Virus record (IMG/VR): IMGVR_UViG_3300025372_000001 | Length of the DNA stretch: 64,000 nt | Origin: a virus | Taxonomy: Duplodnaviria > Caudoviricetes | Strand: one strand, 5' to 3' | In this document: positions 38,389-48,545 of the stretch, one piece after another | Position numbering within the stretch: position 1 is the first letter of the stretch | Layout: each line of letters starts with the position of its first letter | Program-made: the position numbers and the translations under genes | Notes under the pieces: model-generated | Databases searched by the model: none | What the model saw: the letters and a program-made list of their open reading frames with translations, nothing else | What the model was told of the DNA's origin: nothing

Positions 38389-38823
38389 ATGTTTAATAAA
38401 ATCTTCAAATTCCTCGGAATTGGAAATAAACGATCTATGGGAGGACGGGTTAAACCCTCCAATATATACCCTGTCCCTCTTCCGCATGAATATGTTGAAC
38501 CGGAAAATACTACTTCTAAGTCTTTAACTGAAAAGGTTTTGAAGGATTTGGATGCTTGTCCAGCTTATCAGTGGAGTCGAGAACGTTTAAAGTATAATTA
38601 TTGGAGTTTTAACACATTACCATATTGTTTAGTAGTAGATGATGTTCAACGTTTAGCATTTCCGACTACTTTAGAATCTAAGTATAACTCTTTACAAGAA
38701 GTGTTGACCGAAAAACATCAGAAAGAGATTTATAAGAAATTCTGCGAACAACAGAGACAACACGAAACTACACTTTCCCTAAAAGAACAAAACGAACTAT
38801 TACAGCTTTTTAAGCTTAGGTAA
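38389..38823 (+). CDS. hypothetical protein
   Basis: ORF track. Confidence 0.65.
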   Translation: MFNKIFKFLGIGNKRSMGGRVKPSNIYPVPLPHEYVEPENTTSKSLTEKVLKDLDACPAYQWSRERLKYNYWSFNTLPYCLVVDDVQRLAFPTTLESKYNSLQEVLTEKHQKEIYKKFCEQQRQHETTLSLKEQNELLQLFKLR

Positions 38824-38831
38824 ATAATTCT

Positions 38832-39443
38832 ATGAAGTTTAAAGATTTCTTTAACGAAAGAGAATTATTAGCAGAATATAAAGTTAATATAAGTAATGGA
38901 GCAGAATGGTCCAGGTTAATTCCTAAACAGTTAGACAATATTAGTAAATTGATTGGGCTTGAGCTTAATTCTAAATTTCCTTGGTTTATTTTTAATATTG
39001 ACGGACAAGAATATATTTGTGGTTATATTACCATTAATCATAATTTTACTTTCTTTAATTTGACTCAAGCAATAGAAGCGAGGGAAATATCCTTAGCCGA
39101 TCTTTCAGTATTATCTAAAAATAGTATAATTAAATTTATTAATACTATTTGTTCTATTTTAGAATGGTTAAGCCGAAAGAACATTAATAAATTTGTTTTT
39201 CAACATGACGATAAAAAACGAACAGATTTATATTTGAAATTCTTAGAAAAGAGTTTACCTTCATTTCTACCTGAGTTTAAGGTAATGAAGATGGATAAAA
39301 GAATTCTTTTATATAGGCCATTAGGAGATGATTTAAGATTAGATGAATCCTTTAAAGGTGAAATATTTAGACGAGACGAAGAAAGAGGATTAAGTATGTT
39401 TAGAAACTTTAAACCTTATACTTTTCAAAAATACAATTCATGA
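38832..39443 (+). CDS. late protein, candidate internal head protein
   Basis: TAAATA 38821-38826; MKFKDFFNERELLAEY. Confidence 0.75.
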   Translation: MKFKDFFNERELLAEYKVNISNGAEWSRLIPKQLDNISKLIGLELNSKFPWFIFNIDGQEYICGYITINHNFTFFNLTQAIEAREISLADLSVLSKNSIIKFINTICSILEWLSRKNINKFVFQHDDKKRTDLYLKFLEKSLPSFLPEFKVMKMDKRILLYRPLGDDLRLDESFKGEIFRRDEERGLSMFRNFKPYTFQKYNS

Positions 39444-40159
39444 AATATCGAAGTTTATTTATTTCCGACGTTCATTTAGGCGTTCAGCATACTCATTTGG
39501 ATAAACTTTTAAAAGTTCTAAAAGATAATGAATTTGAATATTTGTATTTGGTTGGAGATATTGTTGATTTCTGGAAATTAAGAAGAAAACTAGAATGGGG
39601 AGAATTAGAAAACACTTTTATTCAAAAGATTTTCCGATTAGCCCGAAAAGGTGTTAAGATATATTATCAACCGGGGAATCATGATTGGGAAATGGAAAAA
39701 TTCCAAGATCAACATTTTGGTAATATTGAAATTCTAGAAAGAATTGTTCACACCACTTTACAAGGAGAAAAGATATTAATTCTTCATGGACATCAATTTG
39801 ATGGAATTGTGGAACATAATAAATGGATTCAACATTTAGGATCAGTGTTATATGAATGGCTACTGGTTTTCAATGTTAATTTCAATTGGATTAGATATAA
39901 ATTAGGATTAGGATATTGGTCTATCAGCAAATATCTTAAAAGTAAGACGAAGGAAGCAGTTAATTATGTTTCTAAGTATGAAGAAACTTTAATTGAATAT
40001 GCAAAAAGTCACCATGTTAATAGTATCATGTGCGGACATATTCATACCCCCGCTCTTAATAGAGGCACGATCAACTATTATAATACAGGCGATTGGGTTG
40101 AGAATTCTTCTTTTCTTGTTGAAGATTTGAATGGTAATGTTATATTGATGGAAGTCTAA
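39440..40159 (+). CDS. LpxH-like UDP-2,3-diacylglucosamine hydrolase family metallophosphoesterase
   Basis: ISDVHLG, LVGDIVDFW, PGNHD, LHGHQFD, CGHIH, YNTGDWVENSS. Confidence 0.85.
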   Translation: MKYRSLFISDVHLGVQHTHLDKLLKVLKDNEFEYLYLVGDIVDFWKLRRKLEWGELENTFIQKIFRLARKGVKIYYQPGNHDWEMEKFQDQHFGNIEILERIVHTTLQGEKILILHGHQFDGIVEHNKWIQHLGSVLYEWLLVFNVNFNWIRYKLGLGYWSISKYLKSKTKEAVNYVSKYEETLIEYAKSHHVNSIMCGHIHTPALNRGTINYYNTGDWVENSSFLVEDLNGNVILMEV

Positions 40160-40173
40160 TACAAAAATAATAA

Positions 40174-41343
40174 ATGAAATTTAAAACACTATATGCTCGC
40201 ACCAGCACAGGTGCCATCCAAGAATGGACAATTCTTGTCGAAGATAACTATTATTATACCATTTATGGTCAAAAAGATGGACAATTAGTTACTACGCTTC
40301 CTTCTTATTGCGAAGGAAAGAATATTGGTAAAAAGAACGAAACTTCTCCAAACGCCCAAGCTCTTAAAGAAGCAAAAGCAATTTATAATAAAAAACTAAA
40401 AGAAGGTTATAAAGAAAACGTAGAAGATATTGATGAAGAAACTTTCTTTCAACCAATGTTGGCAAAGAAATTCGTTGACTATCAACATAAAGTTGTTTAT
40501 CCGGTAATCGTAGACAATAAACTTAACGGTATAAGAATTATTCTTAAGAAAGATGGTGCATTTTCTCGAACAGGAGAAGAGTTTCATTGTCTTGATCATA
40601 TTAAAGAGGAATTAGCTCCTTTATTTGAAAGGTATCCTTCTCTTATTTTAGATGGAGAATTATATAATGAATCATTAAAAAATGAGCTTAATGCTATCGC
40701 TTCATTAGTAAGCGTTAATCGTAAAGAATTAGATGTTACAGAGGACGATAGAGAAAATGCAAAGAGGTTAGTTCAATTCCATGTATATGATGGATATAAT
40801 TTCTATGACACTGATCTTAATTATCGAGTCTTAAGAGAAACAGATCATGTTTTTCGTAGAATGGGTATTAGAACAATGTTTGAATCAATATCATTATCAT
40901 TAAAGTACACCTTTGCGCATCCTTATGCAATGGTTGATTCTTTTGAAGAAATTGCTGCAATGATGGAAGTGGTTAAACAAGAAAAACGAGAAGGCTTAGT
41001 TATTAAAAATCCTAATGCTCCTTATGAAAATAAACGTTCCAAACACATGCTTAAACTTAAAGTGTTTATGGATGAAGAATTTGAAGTAGTTGGCTTCTTA
41101 GAAGGAACTGGTAATTGGGCAGGAAAAGTTAAGAAAGTAGTTTGTAAGCTCAATGTTCCTGCTACTAATGGTAAAACTACATTTGAATCTAATATTAGAG
41201 GTTCCATGCCTCAATTAGAAGAATTATGGAATAACCGGGATCAACATATCGGTAAAAAAGTAACAGTTGACTTCCAAGAGTATTCGCCCTACTCGATTCC
41301 CCTTATTCCTTATTGTGAACCGTTTTTTAGAGATTATGAATGA
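40174..41343 (+). CDS. ATP-dependent DNA ligase
   Basis: PMLAKK, KLNGIR, LDGELY, FHVYD, EGLVIK, MLKLK. Confidence 0.95.
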   Translation: MKFKTLYARTSTGAIQEWTILVEDNYYYTIYGQKDGQLVTTLPSYCEGKNIGKKNETSPNAQALKEAKAIYNKKLKEGYKENVEDIDEETFFQPMLAKKFVDYQHKVVYPVIVDNKLNGIRIILKKDGAFSRTGEEFHCLDHIKEELAPLFERYPSLILDGELYNESLKNELNAIASLVSVNRKELDVTEDDRENAKRLVQFHVYDGYNFYDTDLNYRVLRETDHVFRRMGIRTMFESISLSLKYTFAHPYAMVDSFEEIAAMMEVVKQEKREGLVIKNPNAPYENKRSKHMLKLKVFMDEEFEVVGFLEGTGNWAGKVKKVVCKLNVPATNGKTTFESNIRGSMPQLEELWNNRDQHIGKKVTVDFQEYSPYSIPLIPYCEPFFRDYE

Positions 41344-41767
41344 TATAGTCCGCATTTTCAAAAAAGATTTAGTTGATTTTGTTTTAAGACAAAACACCAA
41401 ACGTATTCGTCAAACTTCGATTGATTTCTATAGACATGCAGAAGATGAAAAAGACTTCATATCTCTTGGAATATATCAAGATAGTACTTTATTTGGAGTA
41501 ACCGCAGGAGAATTCAGTAATCAATTCGGTATTACTTTAATTGATGAACAATTTAGAAATAAAGGATATGGAACGCTTCTTTTACAACATAAAATAAACT
41601 TCTTTCGTGAGAAGAAAATATCTTATAGAACTTTAGTAGCAGAGGATAATCTTCAAAGTAGAAGAATGTGTGAAAAAGTGAAACTATCAATTGTTGATAT
41701 TACAGAAGGAATGCGCTCATCAGGAAAATATAACATATATCACTATATTGACAAAAATTATGAATAA
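41336..41767 (+). CDS. GNAT acetyltransferase
   Basis: IDEQFRNKGYGTLLL, VAEDNLQSRRMCEKV; ATG 41336. Confidence 0.85.
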   Translation: MNDIVRIFKKDLVDFVLRQNTKRIRQTSIDFYRHAEDEKDFISLGIYQDSTLFGVTAGEFSNQFGITLIDEQFRNKGYGTLLLQHKINFFREKKISYRTLVAEDNLQSRRMCEKVKLSIVDITEGMRSSGKYNIYHYIDKNYE

Positions 41768-41918
41768 AGAAACTTTCAATGACATAGATAAAGAACTTTT
41801 TAAGCAATGTAAAAAGTTCTTGCCTTCTCTCCAGAAAGATGATAGTTTGGTTGATACATTAAGTTTAATGTTAGACGAGATTAAAAAAGAAATGGAAAGA
41901 GTTAGAGGAAAAGTATGA
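41760..41918 (+). CDS. small hypothetical protein
   Basis: ATG 41760 overlaps the upstream stop. Confidence 0.5.
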   Translation: MNKETFNDIDKELFKQCKKFLPSLQKDDSLVDTLSLMLDEIKKEMERVRGKV

Positions 41919-42163
41919 TTACAGAAAAACAATTAATTGAATTACACAATAAAGGCACAGTTTCTAAATTTGAGAGTTTTTATTATGTTCTAATTGATAC
42001 AATTCCAACTTATTCAGATATTATGAAAGCCAATTCATTACAGATTGCATTATCTGAATGGATGGAAATTTATTATATCAGATATGGAAAATTGGTAAAA
42101 AAAGGAATTCCGTATGGTGTTCCTATTATTTCCGAAGAAGAATGTTATGCAATGGGATTATGA
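41915..42163 (+). CDS. hypothetical protein
   Basis: ATGA overlaps at both ends. Confidence 0.6.
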   Translation: MITEKQLIELHNKGTVSKFESFYYVLIDTIPTYSDIMKANSLQIALSEWMEIYYIRYGKLVKKGIPYGVPIISEEECYAMGL

Positions 42164-42471
42164 AAGCAGTTGATATTTATATTCATCCTTCTAATTTTAT
42201 GAAGGAAGGAACACCAGTAAAAACTCATATTCTTTCTTATTTGCCTAAGAAAGATATTCCTGTTAATTTTATAGTATCTAACAGAGATTTAAATAATTTA
42301 CAGCAGGCATTAGCTGAAATGAATATTCGTAACAAGTATGAATTTGATATTTATCAATCAGAAACACGGCAAGAAGCTTCTGATAGAGTTAAGAAGATTG
42401 TACCTAAAGGACGTGTTCCGTCTTGGATGATTGATGCAGCCTTGCGTCAATTCAATAAAGAATTGAAGTAA
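42160..42471 (+). CDS. hypothetical protein
   Basis: ATG 42160. Confidence 0.6.
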   Translation: MKAVDIYIHPSNFMKEGTPVKTHILSYLPKKDIPVNFIVSNRDLNNLQQALAEMNIRNKYEFDIYQSETRQEASDRVKKIVPKGRVPSWMIDAALRQFNKELK

Positions 42472-42951
42472 ACAATATTATGAACGAAACCAATGAATAT
42501 TTGCTTAAAAAAGAAAAAGATTTTTATATTCTTAGAGATGCAATGATCGAATTGACGCTTGCTCCTTTTGATGATCCTGATTGGTTCAGACAAAGAGCAA
42601 GAGCAGTATTAATCGAAATTGGATATATTGTAGAATAATATGAACGACGATAGAACAGAAAATGAATTACCTATCCCTTTATGGGAACACATTATCTTAT
42701 TCACAGAGGAAGAAGTGAAATTGGTAAATTGGGATAAAGTTTTTGACGAATGGTAAAAATATGAATTTAGTAAAAATATTATCCTTATTAGGTCTTTCCA
42801 AGAAAGAGGCGGTTCTTCGTTTAAGAAATAATCAAATTCGAATCAATGGGGAAATACATAATCTTAACGATCTTCTGAAAGTAGAAGATAAATATATTGA
42901 TCCTCCTCATACAGCATATTGTCAGATTTGTTGGAAATTTTTATTTAAAAA

Positions 42952-43248
42952 ATGAATACTTTAGTAGAACTATCTAGTTTTAAGAATGGGCTTCCTTATG
43001 CTTTTGATAAAAAAATGGTTTGCCCGTTATGTAGTATTTCGACTATCTCTAATTGGAAATCCGAAAGACAAATTAACGAACCCGTTTTTCTAATAATCAG
43101 AACGAATAAAACTACTAATCAGAAATTTTTAGGTTGTCCGAATTTTCCTAAATGTAAACATTCTGATGATATTCTTTCTATTAGAAAAGAGAAACAAGAA
43201 AATGAGAGATTTAATTTCGATTGGAATGATGAATTAAGAGATTTTTAA
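42952..43248 (+). CDS. topoisomerase-type C4 zinc-ribbon protein
   Basis: CPLC...KFLGCPNFPKCKHS. Confidence 0.75.
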   Translation: MNTLVELSSFKNGLPYAFDKKMVCPLCSISTISNWKSERQINEPVFLIIRTNKTTNQKFLGCPNFPKCKHSDDILSIRKEKQENERFNFDWNDELRDF

Positions 43249-43505
43249 CTTGACTCAACTTCTTCTTGTGTTATTATACAAATATAACCTTCATTCCTTA
43301 CCAGTTTAAATAGAAAATATGGAACCATATAGATACTCACCTTTCGATAAAAATAGTTGTTTTCGATTACATAATCCTGAAAATAATGTAACACAACAAA
43401 ATACACAGTATCATCATAGAGATGAAGAATATTCTGAATGTGATATAGAAGAAGAGGCTAAGATGATGTTTTCGTGGTTTGGAATTAAGATAGAAACATA
43501 ATTTT

Positions 43506-43895
43506 ATGACTTATAAACAATGGTTTTTAGATAAATTTAAAGCCTATCCTGGTGCTTCTTGTCGTTTTGACTTCATTCTGGAAAGTTTAGTCAAAAGAAA
43601 AGGGTTTCATGGGTTTATTCCAAAATTAGAAGAACCTTGTTTCCGTTGTTCTGGTTATGGCGGTTATAAGGTTTCAAGTGGTCCATATGATTGTTGTGAT
43701 TGGGAAACTTGTGATTTATGTAAAGGATCAGGTAAGTTGCTTAAACATTATTATAAAACTTGGTTCAAGGAATTTAAAGAAAAAGAAAAAGAACGAAAAC
43801 TTAAAGAGAGAAATATTGCTAAGGAGTTGACCCGAATTAAATCGAAGATTACTAAAAAAGAATTAGAATTTTTATTGACCCATATCGAAAAATGA
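43506..43895 (+). CDS. DnaJ-type zinc-finger protein
   Basis: CFRCSGYGG...CDLCKGSGK. Confidence 0.7.
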   Translation: MTYKQWFLDKFKAYPGASCRFDFILESLVKRKGFHGFIPKLEEPCFRCSGYGGYKVSSGPYDCCDWETCDLCKGSGKLLKHYYKTWFKEFKEKEKERKLKERNIAKELTRIKSKITKKELEFLLTHIEK

Positions 43896-44531
43896 TTACG
43901 AAAGAACAATTAAGTTTTAGTTTTGATACGAGTCATTTGAAATGGACTCCTGTTCCTGATTATCCTTCCACTATTGACGAAAATGTAACAGAGGAAGATA
44001 TTCAAAAAGCCATTGATTTACATCGTTCAAAATGTAAAGAACGTTATGATGCTTATAGAGATTTGTTAGATTCCTTATGAAACAAGAACACATTCAACAT
44101 TATTTGGAAGATTTAAAATCAACTTGGGATTTTACTCAGGAAGAATTAAATGATATTAGAGATAAAATGGCTAATTATGCATTAGCTGCTCTCATGGATT
44201 CAAAAGTGAGAGAAGAAGCATTTGAAATTTGTAAAGAATATTAACATGAAAAATTTGTAAAATAATATGGGATTCATGGCAGAACGATCCGAAGATAAAT
44301 GGTTAAATTTAACCTCAACAGAATCAATTATGAAAAATTTATTTTTAGTTGTATATGATAGTGACCAATCTCCTATTGGGATTTTTGATTATGCAACTTT
44401 ATGTATAGAGTTTAACATTTCTCGAACAGAAGAAGAATTAACTATGGTTTATCGTTGGTATCGAGAATATTACAATGAAACTTTGATTAATGTTATTCAT
44501 ATTAGAGGAAATAGATGGTTGCCTTAATAAT

Positions 44532-44852
44532 ATGTTTTCTTTAAAAGCTATACCCCCTGAACATGAAGATACTTCAATTGTTCGTGTTAAAACATCTGCA
44601 TGGATTTCTGATAAAGGAATTATCTCTCTAAGAAAAGATATTATTCCCGTTAAACGAAAGTCTAAAGGTTATCAAATCTTACAAGAAGATGCGGCAAATA
44701 TTGGTGCATTGGATGTTGTCGATAAGATTATCAATCTAGATGAAATCTCTGATGGATTATATGAAGTAATAACTGTTAATGAATTTCGAGATTGGGAAAG
44801 CGGTTATATAGAAGATTATGACTATAAGTTAATTCCTTTCGATAATAAGTAA
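44532..44852 (+). CDS. hypothetical protein
   Basis: ATG 44532; RDWESGYIEDYD motif. Confidence 0.6.
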   Translation: MFSLKAIPPEHEDTSIVRVKTSAWISDKGIISLRKDIIPVKRKSKGYQILQEDAANIGALDVVDKIINLDEISDGLYEVITVNEFRDWESGYIEDYDYKLIPFDNK

Positions 44853-44858
44853 AATATT

Positions 44859-45458
44859 ATGAATAAAAGAACCTTTATTAAAAATTTATCATTAACAGTA
44901 TTAACAAGTTTATTACCTAATATTGCTATCTCTTCTCAATCATATAATGTTCCTACGAAAGAAATTATGACGAAGTGGTATCCTATATTAGCATTCAAAG
45001 ATAATACTATTAATCCCTTAGTTAAACTAGAAACAGCTATTCCTTTAAAGGATCAAGAGTATATCTATGATTATTCTTTCCTTATTCCAAAGGAACAAGT
45101 GTATCAATGTGTGAACGAAATGGAGACGCTTGAAATTAAATGTAAAGCTTTAGAGAAATTAGAATTATCCCGACAAATTAGAAGAGTACTACATTTAGGT
45201 ATTCCTTCAATTCGTCGTAGATTTGGTAAAAAAGATAATATAGAAACCGATTCTTTGATTCTTTTTAAAGAGGTAAACGAGAAAGGTATTTTAGTTAATT
45301 TAGAAAAATCTAAATGGGATGATCTTTTTATTAGTTGGAATGCATGGATACTCGCAAAAGATATTACTTCTTGGACTTCTATGCCATATGATACCGTCTT
45401 CGTTGATTATATCAGGGACGAACAATATCGGTTGACACCAGTGAATAAGGTGGTATAA
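44859..45458 (+). CDS. hypothetical protein with Tat-like leader
   Basis: MNKRTFIKNLSLTVLTSLLP. Confidence 0.6.
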   Translation: MNKRTFIKNLSLTVLTSLLPNIAISSQSYNVPTKEIMTKWYPILAFKDNTINPLVKLETAIPLKDQEYIYDYSFLIPKEQVYQCVNEMETLEIKCKALEKLELSRQIRRVLHLGIPSIRRRFGKKDNIETDSLILFKEVNEKGILVNLEKSKWDDLFISWNAWILAKDITSWTSMPYDTVFVDYIRDEQYRLTPVNKVV

Positions 45459-45464
45459 TCCTTC

Positions 45465-46025
45465 ATGAACCTTTCTGCTCTTCTAAAGAAACTTGCTATT
45501 TTTAATCATATTGAAGATAGTCCTTCTGAACAAAAATTTAAACCTGTGAAAACATCCACCCTCCGTGAATTAGTAGATAACTATCTAATTGCTGAAACCC
45601 TTGAAGATAAAGAGCGTCTTTTAAAGTTAATTAAAGATCGTTTGGAAGATTTTTTCGATAAAGTTTATCAGTTATATAAGGCTCATGGAGTTGTTCCGAT
45701 AAAATGGAATTTTTATCAGGGTAAACCTAGTTCCGCTTATTCCTCTTATGGATATGGTTATTGGACAAACCTTCATATCGGAATTAATAAAATTTATCAT
45801 GAACATCGTTCTGGTTACTCATATAATAATGTTATCGCTGAATGGTTTACTATTGATGAAGTAGATAATTTTGGTTCATGCGAATTACAAGTGGGACTTA
45901 AAAAGAAACAAATTGAGCTTCTTCAACAAGAAGTAGAGGAGATTAAAAGTAGATGTCCTGCCACTATCAAAGAAAAAGAACAAAAAATAGAGAAACTTAA
46001 AAAGGCGCTTGACACTGGTAAATAA
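45465..46025 (+). CDS. hypothetical protein with coiled-coil C-terminus
   Basis: ORF track. Confidence 0.6.
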   Translation: MNLSALLKKLAIFNHIEDSPSEQKFKPVKTSTLRELVDNYLIAETLEDKERLLKLIKDRLEDFFDKVYQLYKAHGVVPIKWNFYQGKPSSAYSSYGYGYWTNLHIGINKIYHEHRSGYSYNNVIAEWFTIDEVDNFGSCELQVGLKKKQIELLQQEVEEIKSRCPATIKEKEQKIEKLKKALDTGK

Positions 46026-46048
46026 AGTGGTATAATAACTCTCATTAA

Positions 46049-46122
46049 GACGGTGTAGTTTATTGGTAAAACAGTCCCCTTTCACGGGACTGAACCGAGT
46101 TCGATTCTCGGCTCCGTCGCCA
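46049..46122 (+). tRNA. tRNA-Glu(TTC)
   Basis: GACGGTG/CTCCGTC acceptor, GTCCC-CTTTCAC-GGGAC anticodon arm, GTTCGATT T loop, encoded CCA; TTGACA-16nt-TATAAT upstream. Confidence 0.93.
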
Positions 46123-46140
46123 ATTTAAACAAATTCAATA

Positions 46141-46864
46141 ATGAATAGTAAAGAAACATTAGAACAAGTTCGTAATCTCTTATCCCGAATGTGGTTTCAC
46201 GATCAAGACGGTTCTACATTATATCCTGTTCCCGCTAGATATTGGGATTCCCCTACTCATTTCGATTGGGCGAAATATTCCCAAGCCCGTAATAGTTACG
46301 AAGAAATTCATAATAAAGAGGCTAATGAATCCTTTCTTTTTGAAATCATTCATAATGAAGTTCTACCTTTAATTGATAAACAACTTTCAAATTTGACTAA
46401 TAATGAATAGTAAATTTGAAACCAATCATCCTGCTAAGTTTGGATATTACTGGATCAAGAAAAACGAAGATGCTTGTTTTGAGCTTTATAAATTAACTCC
46501 TTCAAAACAATTTACAAACGATAATAGAAGTGTCGAAATTTGGGAATGTCCCGGAATAGGGCGAACATATCTTGATTGGAATAATTTTCCTTCTTGGCAA
46601 TGGATTCCAATAGAATTGCCAGCTAACAGCTCCTAATATATGATATTTCTACGAAAGAAAGATAATAGTGAAGTTATTCACAACATCTGGCGTGCCATTC
46701 ATACAGGAGAAGATGTTGTCATTGACGATTTAGATATTTTAGATACGATCATCTTTGATCCTGATTGCCCTTCTGATTTAAGATTTAAAGGTAGAAATGA
46801 ATATACTCTTGGACTTACCAGTGTTAAAGGTATGAGAGAGTTTGGATATGACGTTTTAGAATAA
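46141..46864 (+). other. three small hypothetical CDS (46141-46410, 46403-46636, 46640-46864)
   Basis: ORF track; tight packing. Confidence 0.55.
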
Positions 46865-46865
46865 A

Positions 46866-47312
46866 ATGAAAACTTTAATAACAGGACATAGATTACATAA
46901 ACTGTTATCGTATGATATTGAATGGATCAAACTGGCTATTGGAGAAGCATTAGATTCCACATTTCTTGATTATACAACTTATGGTCTATCAGGAATGGCA
47001 AGTGGCGTTGATTTATGGTTCTGCAAAGAATTAAAAGAAAGAGTGATACCTTATGCTGCCTGTATTCCATTTGAAGGGCAAGAGGAAACGATGGATGAAG
47101 AGTCTGCTACTTGGAGACGGATTTTAATCAAACGTGCAGCAGAAGTGCTTTCTATTAGAAATTCAGCCATGGTGGAGAAAGCTGATGCTGCCTTAGTAGT
47201 TTGGGATGGAAACAAAGGCGGAACACATAATGTTTTTCAACAATTGGTAGAACATAATAAACCTTTCGTTTGGATCAATCCTGTCGGAAAAAAGATTTTT
47301 GAAATAAGATGA
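46866..47312 (+). CDS. SLOG family (YspA/DUF1273-like) protein
   Basis: ITGHR, SGMASGVDLW, CIPFEGQE, RNSAMVEKAD, VWDGNKGGT. Confidence 0.88.
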   Translation: MKTLITGHRLHKLLSYDIEWIKLAIGEALDSTFLDYTTYGLSGMASGVDLWFCKELKERVIPYAACIPFEGQEETMDEESATWRRILIKRAAEVLSIRNSAMVEKADAALVVWDGNKGGTHNVFQQLVEHNKPFVWINPVGKKIFEIR

Positions 47313-47514
47313 GAACCCAACGACAACTAGAAGCCATTGAAGAATTGAAACAATGGATTAAAAAATATGATGTGGAATTTGAAGCTGATGATCCTCTTTG
47401 TTCCGTATATGCAGTGTTTAATGGTATTGATGGGCCACATAGACTTCTTTGGTTAAAGAGAGAAATACTTTTTAAAGATGAAACAGAATAATCTTTGTGT
47501 TATATTAGTTCATC

Positions 47515-47730
47515 ATGAAAACAGAAAATGTTAAACTAACTGGCAATATCACCGCCGCTCATGGCAACGGTTTCTATCGTGTCCAATGTGATAAACTCCC
47601 CAATGGAGTTATTTGCACCCTTGCAGGTAAAATGTCTAAAGGTTACAATAAACCTGATGTAGGCGATAATGTCAAATTTGAAGTAAGTCCCACTGATGTA
47701 TCAAAAGGAAGAATCATTGCAAAATGGTAA
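47515..47730 (+). CDS. infA: translation initiation factor IF-1
   Basis: GNITAAHGNGFYRVQ...ICTLAGKM...GDNVKFEVSPTDVSKGRII. Confidence 0.9.
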   Translation: MKTENVKLTGNITAAHGNGFYRVQCDKLPNGVICTLAGKMSKGYNKPDVGDNVKFEVSPTDVSKGRIIAKW

Positions 47731-47755
47731 TTCTTCCTTAAAGATAAATAAAGGT

Positions 47756-48490
47756 ATGAACTTCACAGAACATTTCCTTTTACACGAAAGACAACATTTT
47801 ATTAAACTTGCTAAACTTACTGAAATTATCATTTCTAAGTTAGAAGAGAAAATTCGTCAGAAGAAAAACGGTGTTCGTTCAGGAACAACTTTCACTATTC
47901 CTATTGGAAAATTTTATGACTTAGATATTAAGTTTTATAAAGGATATTCTAGGCGAACCCATGCACAAAGAAAAGAACATGCATGGGGAGATACTAATGT
48001 TCAAGCCATTTATTATCCCGAAACCACCGAAACCAATGGAACAATTGAAATTTATTTCAATCCTGCAAAATCAGGAGAATATTATTATAAAGATAAAAAA
48101 TTTGAAGACATTATAGATGGTTCTCTTCCTAAATTCATCAAAGATGCATTAAGACATGAAATTTCTCATGCATACGAAGATATAGTTAAAAACGTATCAA
48201 AATATAAAGAAAATGATTATTCCGTAACAAATGATTATTACAATCAAGATGAAGAATTAAATGCAAATCTAAGTCAATTCCTTAATTCTGAATTATCCGT
48301 TAATGCAGATATTATGTATAAAATTTCCGAAGGAGATATTAATGGAGCAGTAAATGCATATATCAGAAAACTTAAAACTTCTGAATTCATTAAACATGTT
48401 ACTCCGCAAAATAAAATTTGGATCATTAAAACCATTTATACTTTTGTAACAGGTTTAGTTGAACAAAGCAAAGCCAAATTACCTTCTTAA
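47756..48490 (+). CDS. late zincin-like (HExxH) protein, candidate internal head protein
   Basis: TAAATA 47745-47750; MNFTEHFLLHER; LRHEISHAY...YYNQDEELNA. Confidence 0.7.
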   Translation: MNFTEHFLLHERQHFIKLAKLTEIIISKLEEKIRQKKNGVRSGTTFTIPIGKFYDLDIKFYKGYSRRTHAQRKEHAWGDTNVQAIYYPETTETNGTIEIYFNPAKSGEYYYKDKKFEDIIDGSLPKFIKDALRHEISHAYEDIVKNVSKYKENDYSVTNDYYNQDEELNANLSQFLNSELSVNADIMYKISEGDINGAVNAYIRKLKTSEFIKHVTPQNKIWIIKTIYTFVTGLVEQSKAKLPS

Positions 48491-48545
48491 TTGTCATAAT
48501 AAAGATTGAAAAATATCTAATTGTTGTTAATAAGTAGGAATTAAT

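Noticed and set aside
46049-46122. U6-U67 mismatch in the tRNA-Glu acceptor stem
   Set aside because: A single mismatch is common in phage tRNAs; the rest is canonical.
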